DNA of 61,976 nt, counting the filler, from Aduncisulcus paluster (lineage: Eukaryota): assembly GCA_024181965.1 (NCBI GenBank). It is 9 parts of 9 records of this genome, joined end to end, with 100 filler letters (N's around TTAATTAATTAA, not from the genome) between each part and the next. Parts side by side here need not be neighbours in the genome. Positions count along the whole stretch, not along the records: positions 1 to 16,842 come from BQXS01011264.1; 8 more parts are not named here. One strand, given 5' to 3'. The translations under genes and the position numbers were made by a program. Positions 1-11,168 of the stretch are shown piece by piece (the stretch's first letter is position 1; every line of letters starts with the position of its first letter). Under the pieces are notes generated by a model that was given only the letters and a program-made list of their open reading frames with translations, did not search any database and was not told the origin of the DNA.

Positions 1-459
1 GACAAAAAAATTGATACCACGGGAATTCACCGTGTCTATTATCAATATCTTTGTCCGTTTTGGCATGAAAATGTTGTCAAAAGAGCCTTTAAATGGTCCA
101 AACAGGGTTCCATGGTAATAATAACGTTTATCATCTGAAATTTTCAAGGAAACCCGTGACAATATTATATTAAATAAATAATATCCGTATAGATTCAATG
201 AAAGTGCGATGACGAGCGAGGTACGAAAAGCAAAATCACTCTGAAGGTGATATAGAAGGGTAGCGCAGGGAGAAATCAAGAAAAAATTTATTTGAGTAAA
301 ATGGCATAATGAATCAACTGGAGAAGCCTTCTCTGAAGACGAAAATAAGCAAGAATACAATTTGAGACGCCAAACGGTCTCAACACAGTAAATCAAAATA
401 AATACAATTTGTTGAACAATTTGATCATCTCGAATCTTCAAACGCAATGAAAGAAAAAC
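1..459 (-). CDS. Probable coding exon of unknown protein, runs off the window start
   Basis: Stop-free minus-strand frame of about 150 codons (VFLSLRLKIRDDQIVQQ...NSRGINFFV) starting right after an in-frame TAG that could be an acceptor. No recognisable motif. Confidence 0.35.
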
Positions 460-795
460 CTATTATGTAAAATTGTCACCATAATTATGGTTTAGGAAGA
501 CAATTTTTTTCGCATAAAATAGATCCAATAAAATAGAATTAATGATGAGTTTCTCAATAAAACCCAAAAATAGAAATATCATCATAAATCTTGAACCCAC
601 AGTGTTGTGTTATAAATATAATAAATCATAATGGTAAAACGCTAAATGGTAAATAATAATAATAAAATAATATATCAAATAAAAGTGTAAAACGCACACA
701 AATGCCGCGAGATATAACAATAATAACAATAACAATAAACAAAAGAATGATTGAGAATATTTTACGAGGTTGGTATATATATATATTGCTTATTT

Positions 796-3711
796 TTAAC
801 CACCCCTTGTATTCTTTCTAATTTCAATTTCTTTTGTTATCATCTCTTCTTTTGCCCCATCAAGCTTCTTTTGAAGCGCCCTCTGTTTCTCTCTAAGATC
901 CTTTACGTGTGCAACAAGTTGTTTGGCATCAGCTTGAACCTGTTTCGAACGCTTTCTCTTTGCAGCTAAACTTTTATGTTTTTGCTGGTCTCTTTCAGCA
1001 GCAGAGTTGAGCATCCACTTTGAATTCTTCTCAGCATATTTCAATTTACGGGCACTCACTTGTCGAAACAGCTTCATTTGCTTATTAAAGCCTTCAACAA
1101 GACTTTGAGCAGGTTTTGCAACATCTTCTCTCGCAATAGCAAGGTTTTGAAGTAATTTATCAATCGAATTGGCGAGTTTCACTGCCGAATCCCTCCAGAA
1201 AGATGCTTGGGGACGTTTAGGAGGGATTAGTTTGCGTGCAGTTGGAATACCATCCGGATATGCCATGTGCAAGTTAGCTCTCCAGATAGACATAGGGATT
1301 GATTCGAGTGGAGATTTGAAGAGATCTGTCTGCTGACTCAACAAAGCAGCGGCATCCATTCCTCCTTTTGAACCTTCAGATGATCCAAACTGTGAACTGG
1401 TGCTTCCTTTCTTCTTGGAGCCATCGGGACCATTCCCAGCAACACTAATGACCATTCCTTTGACACCCGATGTCTTTCTCCGATCTGTGTGAAGTGGAAC
1501 GATTGGGAGCATCTTGCCCTTCAGATAGTGATCTTGATGGTCTGAATACACAGATCCATTTGTGTTAACGAGGGAAAATGATTTGTGAATGGCACGTTGC
1601 TTCTCTACATTGCAAATGATTACCACGCCACGCTTTTCCTGAGTTAGCGCAACACGCCGAGAAAAGGCAAGATGAATTCGAGTGGCAGACAAAATTGCCA
1701 TTACAATCTTCCGAAGGGAATATTTCCTCTTCTCAACAGGATCAGATATATCAAAAACACTCTGGGCATTGTCAGCGGTTATTCCGTTCGACATAATGAC
1801 CTTCGAGCGGTGTGAAGAAGTGAACCTTGAGGCTTGAGTGAACATAGTACGTCCTGGCTTGTGAGCAACAGGTCTCCTCGAACCGCCCTGTGGATTGGCA
1901 GAAGAGTGGACCAATGAGGATGAAGTTGATGTGGAGTGACGCGGGGCTGTGCGTTGTGTGGACGAACTCCCCGAAATACCCAAACGCATCCGAGCCCTCA
2001 GAGAATCCAACGAAACGGCCATAGCACTTGACTTGCCGACAAAACTACTGTGCTGGTGAACACCTGATCTATTCTTATTCCTCGGTATGGGTGGCAACTT
2101 TCGAGCAGAAGGACCAATCTCATCGGGCGCCGTGTGAAATGAGACTGTTCGTTTAATAGGGCCAGAAGGAGAAGGCTCCTCAAGGAAATGCAGGGATCTA
2201 GATATTCCAGAATCGGTATGAGAATGCCGGAGAGATGATGAATCAGATACGGCACTGCATTCATGTTCATCCTCGTCTTGCCCATACTCATCATAATCGT
2301 ACTGATACTCGTATTCCATAGATGCTTCAGGATCACCAGCTGTACACACAGCTTTTTCAGCAGAAGCTATTCCATCATCGAGGTGTGTTATCTGTTCTAT
2401 TTTTGGATCAACACCGGTTGTGGAACGTTGATCGGTGGCAGGAGTAATGTCAATCCCATCAACCGAGATAAGAGAAGGAAGAGAGGATTGTTGGAGTTGA
2501 GACGGTTGCTCAGTAATGTCACTGCCCCCGCCGAGAGAATCAACAGATACTGCAATCTTAAATTTCTTCACTTTTCTTCGGCTTTCTTTCCTTTTCTTTG
2601 CTCGCAACAATTTGATTTCTTCTTCTTCAATACGTTTTTCCTCTATACTCTTGACTGAATTTATCCTATTAATTGATGGTAAAAGAAGCATTTCAAGGTG
2701 AGATGACATCGGAAAACATGAAGTCCTCAATAAATACAGGCGGCATGCCGTCAAAATAAGAATAATGTCGCCAACAGTTCGGTAGAGAAAACCTATGAGT
2801 TGAATACAGGGGATTGTGTGAGGAGGAGGAAGGGAGAGCGACGAGTAACCAACTTGCATTAATTGTTGGGGCGGTGATTTCGGAGATGGAATTGAGAGGG
2901 GAATCACACCGGGACCAGTCTGGTCATGGGACACAGAGGAAGGTGGGGAAAGAAGTCTACCATGAGATGATTCGGGTTTGGGACCTGTAGGAGATTTTGG
3001 AACAAATTTTGAGGTGGCCATGGTTACATTTTGACCCCTTTTTAGTTGTCTTTGGCCCATGGAAGTGCTTCCATAACTTATTTTCTTAACAAGAGCACTC
3101 TGTTGTTCAGAGACATTCTGTTCAAATTCTGATGGTGGATGAAACTTGGGGCGATACGCCGAATCACGACGAGTCGGATCAGAAAGAGATTTCCTTTTAT
3201 CTGGTTTCATTTTCTGTTGGTAGATTTTAGCCTTTTTAACAGCGTGATCTCCAAAATACGAATCTGAAAGTTTAATTAGATCCTCAATACTTTTTTGAAG
3301 TGTTGGCATCAATGACGATATGGCATATAATGGACCAGCAGCAGGAACACCACTGGATGAGCTTGGAGCGGGAATACAGAGAACACGATAAGCAAAAACA
3401 TCATCACGAAGACTATTAGGAGCAGCTACAATTGGAATAATTTGATTATCAGGAACAGATTCAAGGGAAGCTAGGATTCGACAACCTCCTTCAAAAACAC
3501 TCTTAATTGCTTGATATAATGAAATAATATCATTTGGTACATGATATGTTAAACACTTCATGTCTGGAAGTGAATATTTTGAGAGTAATGAACGAAGATC
3601 TGAACCATAAAGACACAAAGAGTCACTAAGGTGGTATTTTTTTGCTAATAAATCAGAAATGGTCGATGGATTCTGTTCATGATCAAAATATATGGATGAC
3701 CATTCTTCCAT
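796..3711 (-). CDS. Hypothetical ~970-aa protein, Ser-rich/disordered with C-terminal coiled coil
   Basis: Long ORF (track 796..3891). The likely start is the ATG at 3711 (MEEWSSIYF), since the upstream codons are AT-rich intergenic-like sequence. No family recognised. Confidence 0.8.
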   Translation of the reverse strand: MEEWSSIYFDHEQNPSTISDLLAKKYHLSDSLCLYGSDLRSLLSKYSLPDMKCLTYHVPNDIISLYQAIKSVFEGGCRILASLESVPDNQIIPIVAAPNSLRDDVFAYRVLCIPAPSSSSGVPAAGPLYAISSLMPTLQKSIEDLIKLSDSYFGDHAVKKAKIYQQKMKPDKRKSLSDPTRRDSAYRPKFHPPSEFEQNVSEQQSALVKKISYGSTSMGQRQLKRGQNVTMATSKFVPKSPTGPKPESSHGRLLSPPSSVSHDQTGPGVIPLSIPSPKSPPQQLMQVGYSSLSLPPPHTIPCIQLIGFLYRTVGDIILILTACRLYLLRTSCFPMSSHLEMLLLPSINRINSVKSIEEKRIEEEEIKLLRAKKRKESRRKVKKFKIAVSVDSLGGGSDITEQPSQLQQSSLPSLISVDGIDITPATDQRSTTGVDPKIEQITHLDDGIASAEKAVCTAGDPEASMEYEYQYDYDEYGQDEDEHECSAVSDSSSLRHSHTDSGISRSLHFLEEPSPSGPIKRTVSFHTAPDEIGPSARKLPPIPRNKNRSGVHQHSSFVGKSSAMAVSLDSLRARMRLGISGSSSTQRTAPRHSTSTSSSLVHSSANPQGGSRRPVAHKPGRTMFTQASRFTSSHRSKVIMSNGITADNAQSVFDISDPVEKRKYSLRKIVMAILSATRIHLAFSRRVALTQEKRGVVIICNVEKQRAIHKSFSLVNTNGSVYSDHQDHYLKGKMLPIVPLHTDRRKTSGVKGMVISVAGNGPDGSKKKGSTSSQFGSSEGSKGGMDAAALLSQQTDLFKSPLESIPMSIWRANLHMAYPDGIPTARKLIPPKRPQASFWRDSAVKLANSIDKLLQNLAIAREDVAKPAQSLVEGFNKQMKLFRQVSARKLKYAEKNSKWMLNSAAERDQQKHKSLAAKRKRSKQVQADAKQLVAHVKDLREKQRALQKKLDGAKEEMITKEIEIRKNTRGG

Positions 3712-3900
3712 AATGAATACTAGAGTGAGTGTGTAAACAAATCGAGGGATTCCATAACCAAGCAAAACAGAAAGGATTTTGGTGAATAGTTTAAACAAAT
3801 AACAAGTATATTGCAAACAATTGTTAATCATAATTCGAAAATACGCAAAGAATAGGGAGATAATAATAAAAATATGATATACGCAAATCATGAATTATAT

Positions 3901-4366
3901 TTATTCAGAGGCGTAGGGACGGATCTGGTAACCAACAACGGAGGTCTTGTTAACCTTGTAAAGGTCACGAGCTTGTTTCTTGAAGAGGTATTGTTGAACA
4001 AGGCACTTAACGTAACGCTTGGCGAAAATGTTACGAGAAGAGAGACGGATAGTGTCTTGATCAATATCTATGTTCAAAGAAGAAGTTTGTCCCTTAAGAC
4101 CACGCTTCTCAGCCTTGAAATGACGGAGAATGTAGTCTTTCTAATATTTTTGAAATCGAAAATAATTATCAATGAAATATTTAAAATAATAAAATAATTT
4201 TTCAAAATAAAGGAATATCATCAGTAAGAATACCTAAAGCTCACAATCTAAGGAGTTATGATAAAAATATGGAAATACGTACGAAACCCTGGACATTGGC
4301 AACTTGCTTGTCAACCTTGGAGAAGTCAACGGTGTAAGAAACACGTTTCTTGATCTTAAGGGCCAT
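3901..4366 (-). CDS. RPL22: 60S ribosomal protein eL22 (L22e), two exons
   Basis: Exon 1 4366-4283, intron 4282-4141 (GTACGT...TAG, 142 nt), exon 2 4140-3901. Spliced product is 107 aa, MALKIKKRVSYTVDFSKVDKQVANVQGFKDYILRHFK...FAKRYVKCLVQQYLFKKQARDLYKV...YQIRPYASE, which fits the L22e pattern (F.KRYLKYLTKKYLKK..LRD..RV). Not in the ORF track. Confidence 0.9.
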
Positions 4367-4764
4367 CTCTAACTCACAGTCGCGAAGATTGGAAAATAAT
4401 GAATTGGTCGAAAGTGAGAATATATCCATCCTATTTTTGGATCAATTCATCTCCACAGCTAATTCAATTAATATAATATTTTTTTCAATGCCATATATAA
4501 CAATTACAGAATTAAATCTAAAACTGAGTTCTTTATTTCAATATATCCTGTATTTTACACTTTACATCGAAATCAAACTTCTCCTCTTGAATAAAGCATA
4601 TTTATAAAAATTCTGCTCTAACATTGCAAAATTAGGCAATGTATTGTTTAAAAACTATATGTATTGGAGATATTTAGCCAAGAGACAAAAAGACATCACT
4701 CCGCATAAATTACAAAAAACAATCCAAAATTCTTTATTGTTTTTCAAAATAATCCTCTATTTCC

Positions 4765-6318
4765 TTAAAAATCTTCAACTATATCATCAATTCCATTGGC
4801 CTTGTTCTCAGCAATCTTACGTTGATATTTCTCGTTCCAAGTTTCCTTATAGTTGGCTCCATACCACCAAGCAAAAACGATAACGAGCGAGAGACAAAGT
4901 GAGAGAATGAATATTCCGGTGTTCCAAGCAGGAAGGATATCAATACAACTCTCAACAACATCACCATTAACAAGGGATTGACAATGCTGAACATTGGCAT
5001 CAATTCCGTCACTTGAAGGAACAAAAGTAGCAAATGTCTGATCGGTACGAGATGGGTATACCCTGAAGTAATAGTTTGAGAATTCATCTGGGATAGTTTT
5101 CTTTGAGTCAGGTTCATTGGGAATGTTGGCAATCAAGAAAGCACAGGCATCAGAATCTACGCTCATTTCAGTTCCGTCAGAGAGGACAGCCTTTCCAACT
5201 TCGTGTTCATAGTATGTCTGAACGAGAATGTGGGTATCTTTGGTAAGAACGTGGTCTTCCTGATAACCAGTGAAACCAACATTATATCCAGCTCCAGCAA
5301 AACCAGCCTGAGCAACGATGTTCTGCATAACAGTTCCTCCATTTGAAGGAACTGAGGCATCTGACTCCTTACCGGCAACAGCAATAAAGTAATTAGTAGC
5401 CATCTGGAATCCAACGAGAGACTCCTTAACATCTTCATAATAATAGTTGGCCTCAGTGACAACGACCTCAGATTCAAGGTTGTCGTAGAACTTAGGGTTA
5501 GGGATGCTAGGCTTGTCATAGAAATGAACAATACGATGAGCAAGAGTGAGGGGGATAACGCTCCTATCAACGACAGTGGGTTCATATAAATTATAGAAGA
5601 ATGTCTCAAAATCAAAAACATCCCCTGGGGTGTAATCTAAAGTGTGGCTTGAAGAGGCAACTCCTGAAGCGTAACTGTTAGATCCATTGACACAAAAGTT
5701 GAAAGCTTGGAGGAATCCGATACAACCGGGGAGAGAAAGACCCTCACCCATGAATTTAGCACCATTGTATACAGAGTAGACGATCGTAAGATCCTTAAGA
5801 TCATCGTAGGGGAATTTGAAAGGAGCTTTTGTAGTATCATAAGTAATCTCACCTGTGTAAAACTCTCCACCTAAAAATCCGTAATCGTTCCTGCTCATAA
5901 CGGTAAGATTGGCTTGGATGAGCTCAACAATGGTGTTAAAATAATACAATTCAATTTCGCTAATAGAGCAGTCATTAGACGCACTGAAAAGCATAGAAAG
6001 GGCGGTGATTTCAGGATCAACAATGGTTGTATGATATTGTCCACCAAAGACATTATCATCATCGTTGAAGTAAGTGTCCACAATTGAAGTGTTGAAAAGA
6101 TTCCAAACATATTCGTTATCTCCAGTTTGCATCTTAGTAATGAAGCTTCTCAACTTACAAGGAATGTCTCCACTGAAAAGGTCTGAATCATAACGAGCAG
6201 AAGCTTCGTCAGTACCAATATTAAGCACATATGAGGGGGCTTCCAATGGATATTGAACAGCTTTGGCAAAAGTAAGTCCAATAATCAGTGAAACAAAGGT
6301 TAAAAATAATAGCTTCAT
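4765..6318 (-). CDS. Type I membrane protein (signal peptide + C-terminal TM), possibly Ntn-hydrolase (NAAA/C45)-like
   Basis: ATG at 6318 gives signal peptide MKLLFLTFVSLIIGLTFA; TM segment GIFILSLCLSLVIVFAWWYG. Motifs MSRNDY and SLPGCIGFLQAFN recall acid-ceramidase/C45 segments (inference). Confidence 0.75.
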   Translation of the reverse strand: MKLLFLTFVSLIIGLTFAKAVQYPLEAPSYVLNIGTDEASARYDSDLFSGDIPCKLRSFITKMQTGDNEYVWNLFNTSIVDTYFNDDDNVFGGQYHTTIVDPEITALSMLFSASNDCSISEIELYYFNTIVELIQANLTVMSRNDYGFLGGEFYTGEITYDTTKAPFKFPYDDLKDLTIVYSVYNGAKFMGEGLSLPGCIGFLQAFNFCVNGSNSYASGVASSSHTLDYTPGDVFDFETFFYNLYEPTVVDRSVIPLTLAHRIVHFYDKPSIPNPKFYDNLESEVVVTEANYYYEDVKESLVGFQMATNYFIAVAGKESDASVPSNGGTVMQNIVAQAGFAGAGYNVGFTGYQEDHVLTKDTHILVQTYYEHEVGKAVLSDGTEMSVDSDACAFLIANIPNEPDSKKTIPDEFSNYYFRVYPSRTDQTFATFVPSSDGIDANVQHCQSLVNGDVVESCIDILPAWNTGIFILSLCLSLVIVFAWWYGANYKETWNEKYQRKIAENKANGIDDIVEDF

Positions 6319-6816
6319 GGAATGTGGCAAGAAAGAAGATTATGGAAAAAAATTGGCTCTATTTTTAGATGCACTCGATATTCCTATTCACCTTTCAAAA
6401 TGGAGGTCAAGAACAGTAAAGTCAAATCACAGTAACATATTTTATTGATATTATATGAACATTTTCAATNNNNNNNNNNNNNNNNNNNNTCCAATGGATA
6501 TTGAACAGCTTTGGCAAAAGTAAGTCCAATAATCAGTGAAACAAAGGTTAAAAATAATAGCTTCATGGAATGTGGCAAGAAAGAAGATTATGGAAAAAAA
6601 TTGGCTCTATTTTTAGATGCACTCGATATTCCTATTCACCTTTCAAAATGGAGGTCAAGAACAGTAAAGTCAAATCACAGTAACATATTTTATTGATATT
6701 ATATGAACATTTTCAATTTCTTTATGGAATCCGCCCCCTAGAAAATAACAGTCAGATCAAAGTAAAAAAAGTTTATTTTATGAATTACATTTCCATAATT
6801 ATTAATTATCTTGACC

Positions 6817-7782
6817 TTATAACAATTTCTTATTCCTCGGAGGCCTCTGAGGACAATGGATAATGCATGAAGCAATAAAACCCCCAATAAAGCAAAAAAT
6901 AACAAGACAAACTAACAATGCGCTCAAAAACACAATGTCATGATTATATATTGAATTTATAGAAGGAAACGAATACTCAACACCACCTAACGAATCATCG
7001 GAAGTTTTAATATGGAACCAATTGTATATTTTGGATAATAGATTCGTGTAAATAGATTGAAGACGACTTTCTTTATAATAACTTTGGAGGTTGAGATCTT
7101 TTTTCTTCACCATATCAACGGAACTCAAGAACCTATCATTTGTTTGAGTAGCATGTGGATAAGATGCTAGAAATGATGCTGTTGAAGTTGTATGTCCAAT
7201 ATAATCAGCCGAAGAATAAATTGGCTGTCCAAATTGATCCAAAATGTCAGAGAAATTCCGAGAGACTGATGATGTTTCCGACATTGGCCGGCATAATCCA
7301 GAAAAACAAGTAAGTCCACCAAAAATAAGATTTGCATCAGTTGAAGCATCTTCGTAACCTTCAAACGAAGAGAGTGGGGCGAAACAGTTTGATGAAACCC
7401 CACAAGGTTGATGTAACATTGGATGAGATGAAATATTTTCACAAACTCCATTGAAAGAACAAAATTCATCAATATTACACGCATTGGCTGCACTTTGTGT
7501 CAAAATCCACTGGAGATTTGTATCTGTACATTCTGAATAACAACAGATGGATTTCACACTCGATTTATATTGGGGAAGAATGGTGGAAAATGAATCAGGA
7601 TGAGGTATAAAATTCATTGCCCCAAAAGTACCAGGGACACATTCCATGCAAATACCAGCATCAATATGACAGAATTCGAAAGAATCGCATTCATCATCAG
7701 ATGAGCAACAAAATACTTCATAAATCAAACAAATAAACAATAGAATACGAAATATAAAAATATTTAATCGAATACCACTCAT
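6817..7782 (-). CDS. Cysteine-rich type I membrane/surface protein
   Basis: Hydrophobic N-terminus, Cys-rich modules (CSSDDECDSFEFCHIDAGICMECVPG; CNIDEFCSFNGVC; CGVSSNC...LTCFSGLC), C-terminal TM helix and basic tail. Confidence 0.8.
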   Translation of the reverse strand: MSGIRLNIFIFRILLFICLIYEVFCCSSDDECDSFEFCHIDAGICMECVPGTFGAMNFIPHPDSFSTILPQYKSSVKSICCYSECTDTNLQWILTQSAANACNIDEFCSFNGVCENISSHPMLHQPCGVSSNCFAPLSSFEGYEDASTDANLIFGGLTCFSGLCRPMSETSSVSRNFSDILDQFGQPIYSSADYIGHTTSTASFLASYPHATQTNDRFLSSVDMVKKKDLNLQSYYKESRLQSIYTNLLSKIYNWFHIKTSDDSLGGVEYSFPSINSIYNHDIVFLSALLVCLVIFCFIGGFIASCIIHCPQRPPRNKKLL

Positions 7783-8547
7783 TGTAATCTAATTTCAAAA
7801 GAAATCCAAAAAAACATAGAAGACGTCGCAAACCATAATATTTGAGCATATATAAGAGATGACATATAAAGAATAGCCATCATAAGAGACAATTATATGG
7901 AAAAATTCTGATGATGTTGGTTTTTTACAAATGCAAAAAATGAGTGCGAAATGAAACAAATTTTGACGGATTAAAAAAACTCCAAGTTCATATTCCAGAA
8001 GTAATAAATGATGAATACAGGAATACTTATCATTGAATTATTGTAGATGGGCAACAAAATGATCAGAGCTGAGAGGAAATAACTCAAAAGCTCGGAAGTG
8101 AAGAATTATGTGAATTTAGAATGTAGAATGAAACCATAAGTCAAATTAGATTAATGATAAGCACGATCTATGTTCTACATAGTGAACCATCAAAAATAGC
8201 CAGACAACATTCAAATAGAAATACGAATTTTCTCAGAACTCAATACACATCAGTAATAATATAATTGGGTTTCCTTTTTAATTTTTCCTTCCCGAAAAAA
8301 AATATTCTTCAAATAAATATGCACGAAATATTATCAGAAGAACGTGTATCTATTCAACTTCTTCTCTATCTGATCATCACACTTCCAAGGACAATACCAC
8401 CTGCAACTTATTGTAAATATTCATTTTAATTCTGTAAAGATGAATTTTATTTTTTAATCGGCTTATTGCACCAAATAATAGCCATTGCCAAAAATAGATC
8501 TGTGCGCATCAAAATGACAGGATCTCTTGACACAATACAGCGTAATA

Positions 8548-9999
8548 ATGAACACTAGAACATTGTTGGATTATTGTGGTAAACGTAGATGTCAAAGTTT
8601 ATATACCTCATCACATTTTCAACATGATTCTAGAGCTCAACACGACGGTGTTGTTCCACCAATATCTTCCACCAAATCAGATTTACATCCCACCAAAAAA
8701 CAAATCAAATCTTTTGAATATACTTTGAAAACTCAATTGGATGTTCATTATTATGCACTTTACATATGTTTTGTCCGGAAAGTGTTTCGATCTCTTTGTC
8801 GCCGAGAAAAGATATCCTGGACTGAACTCCCAGTTCATTTGGGAGGAAGAAGCCAATTAGAGAAAAAACGTTCCGAGTCATCAGTAATCCCAGCATCAGA
8901 TATTCACCACCCTCACTTTGATCTTGGAGGCAGCCTCCGTCCCCATATGCCCGTTTTTCTTCCTCCAAGAGATCCTAAATATTCTTTTTCTGCCGTTTTT
9001 GACATGGATCATACACTTTTATATGCTTCGTCCAGGAGAATGTCAGGATGCAACGGAAAAGTTGTTGTCTGGGAAGGCCGAAAGAAGTGTAAATATTATG
9101 TTAAAATACGTCCATACGCTCGTAAGTTATTGGAAAAAGTTAGATCTGTTGGTGGAGAAGTTATTATATTTACTGCTGCGCTCCAACCATATGCTGACAG
9201 ATGCCTTTCGATTTTGGATCCTGAAAATCGTTTAATTGACTATAGATTATATCGTGAGAGTTGTATTATGATTGGTGGCGTCGACATTGGTCAAGAACGA
9301 GATCAGCTCTATGAAGACGTCAAAGCTCCAATTCTGCCCGTGGATTTGAAAGCAAAAGCTATTTCAGACGAAAAAAAATTGATGAAACTGCATTATCCTG
9401 CTTTCTTCGAAGACGAAGATGACTCCTTTATTACCTCATCCACTGAGGATGATAGTTCTCCATTCCTCAAATTCGAAGAATTAACATTTACAACATGTTA
9501 TTTGAAAGATTTATCCCGTCTTGCTCGTGATGAAAGAGAAACTTTTCTTATCGACGATTGTCCTGCTTCATATGCTCTTCAACCTCTCTCTGCGATTGCT
9601 TGCAGACAATATTATGGTGAAGATGATGACGAGGGCCTCCTTTTTGCCGGATCATGTCTTTTCCAGGCAGTTCGTGATGGTCACACAGAGAATTGCAGTG
9701 GAATCATTGAAGCTTTAAGAAATGGCCAACAACATATTGAAAGATATCGGAAAGGAAGAGACTTTGAAGATACATTGAGAAAAGATATGGAGACAGCAAT
9801 TTTTTCCACACCAAAAGCTTCTCAAGATCTTGACATTTCTTTCTCACAAACAATTGATGAAGATGAGGATTTACCAACACCTTCTTCCGATAGAAGAGAC
9901 GCACTTATGGAGTTATCTCCAATCAATGAGAAAGAACTTGGATTACCACCAAAAAGTTCCACTCATGTTGATAGTGTTATTTTGAACGTTGAAGTTTAG
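8548..9999 (+). CDS. SCP/CTDSP-like (NIF/FCP1 family) HAD phosphatase
   Basis: DxDxT motif FDMDHTL; VKIRPY; IFTAALQPYAD; YRLYRESC; YLKDLSRL; LIDDCPASY. First ATG at 8548. Confidence 0.88.
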   Translation: MNTRTLLDYCGKRRCQSLYTSSHFQHDSRAQHDGVVPPISSTKSDLHPTKKQIKSFEYTLKTQLDVHYYALYICFVRKVFRSLCRREKISWTELPVHLGGRSQLEKKRSESSVIPASDIHHPHFDLGGSLRPHMPVFLPPRDPKYSFSAVFDMDHTLLYASSRRMSGCNGKVVVWEGRKKCKYYVKIRPYARKLLEKVRSVGGEVIIFTAALQPYADRCLSILDPENRLIDYRLYRESCIMIGGVDIGQERDQLYEDVKAPILPVDLKAKAISDEKKLMKLHYPAFFEDEDDSFITSSTEDDSSPFLKFEELTFTTCYLKDLSRLARDERETFLIDDCPASYALQPLSAIACRQYYGEDDDEGLLFAGSCLFQAVRDGHTENCSGIIEALRNGQQHIERYRKGRDFEDTLRKDMETAIFSTPKASQDLDISFSQTIDEDEDLPTPSSDRRDALMELSPINEKELGLPPKSSTHVDSVILNVEV

Positions 10000-10168
10000 A
10001 GAATTTATTAATTCGATTTTTATTTCAAGCATTAAATAAAATTTAACAACTGTATCTTCCTTTTTTTCGTTATTACGATGGGTTTAGGATTTTTCGTCTT
10101 TTTGAAGCGGAGAGCGCAACCCAACGATTAATCAAAGAATTTTTTAAATAATAATACGCTTTTATAAT

Positions 10169-10480
10169 ATGAGCCTTTGTTTATCATGCATTTTTATTGA
10201 AGCTTCTGAAGCGAAAAAGAGAACTCTCCAACAGGCCGAAAAAATAGCAAAAACATACATAGATGCACTACATTCAAACAAAATTGATTTCCCAACATTA
10301 GCATTAACTCGATCAGATGATGAAATTACTCGACGAAAATGTGGTAGGCTTGGATATGTTACTCGTTCTTTCCCAGTCGCCGGATTTTATGAAAATGGAT
10401 TATCAATGCCTCTTGGTGGAATAAGCGATGAGCCATACCCTGTAGAAAATGGTTATTATATTTTTTGGAGGGAAGAATGA
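10169..10480 (+). CDS. Divergent parvulin (Pin1/PpiC-type rotamase) domain protein
   Basis: RT.QQA...A..Y, FPTLALTRSDD, GRLGYV, SMPLGGISDEP.PVENGYYIF follow the parvulin fold pattern. No WW domain. Confidence 0.75.
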   Translation: MSLCLSCIFIEASEAKKRTLQQAEKIAKTYIDALHSNKIDFPTLALTRSDDEITRRKCGRLGYVTRSFPVAGFYENGLSMPLGGISDEPYPVENGYYIFWREE

Positions 10481-10590
10481 TTTATTTTATTGAAAGGAGT
10501 GAGACCTCACAAACTCTGAAAGTTAGACCTACAAAATAGCAAGCCTTTACAAATTATTGAAAAAATGAATAAATTTGAATAATGGGTCGA

Positions 10591-10991
10591 TCATTCTTTT
10601 AGATCCTGAATGGCTGTAACATTATCTCCTTTTAGTAATATTTCGCCAAGATGTTTTCTTTTTCCACTCTTAATTTCTACTTCATCACAATTAACGAGAG
10701 TTAAATTCATGTATGGATCAAAAGCAACAAGTCTTCCTTCCATTCTTGTTCTAGTATTCTCAAACAACCAAACACTAACTCTTCCGCCCTATCAAAAACA
10801 AAAACGACAATTAATAAAAATTAAACATTATGTATTAAAATAAATTGGTAATATATATTGCATACCTTCTTCACAAGATCATAAACAAAAGACTACAATG
10901 AAAACAAGTTAATTCTAATGATATCAAAGCAAATTTAATCTGAAATAGATATATAAAGATAGTTTAAACATACTGGAACATTCCTACTCAT
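10591..10991 (-). CDS. SNRPE: Small nuclear ribonucleoprotein SmE, three exons
   Basis: Exons 10991-10974 (MSRNVP), 10892-10866 (SFVYDLVKK) and 10788-10591; introns 81 nt and 77 nt (GTATGT/GTATGC...TAG). Product RVSVWLFENTRTRMEGRLVAFDPYMNLTL...KHLGEILLKGDNVTAIQ matches the SmE Sm1/Sm2 motifs. Not in the ORF track. Confidence 0.9.
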
Positions 10992-11168
10992 CGTAATTTT
11001 TTTATAGGCCTCAAAAAAGCCACGTGTATGTGTGTGTGATAAAACATACACAGTCAAGAAGATCAACGTTCAATAGTTTTTATTTTCAAAGAAAGCGCAA
11101 TTCAAAATAATTATATAGTAAATATTTAGAGTATGATTAGTAAAGAACAAACAAATACAATGATTTTT

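Noticed and set aside
3874-4197. 107-aa plus-strand ORF and many similar short ORFs in the track
   Set aside because: Antisense or alternate-frame shadows of real genes (here RPL22 exon 2).
4141-4282. Possible intronic snoRNA in the RPL22 intron
   Set aside because: Only a CTGATGA and a short inverted repeat; no properly ordered C and D boxes.
6242-6717. 228-bp tandem duplication and twin 61-aa ORFs
   Set aside because: Identical copies flank a 20-N gap, so this is an unmerged scaffold overlap. The ORFs are shadows.
8008-8072. Possible box C/D snoRNA (ATGATGA ... CTGA)
   Set aside because: No terminal stem or recognisable rRNA guide, and these motifs are common by chance in AT-rich DNA. 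It would need a snoscan/Infernal hit.
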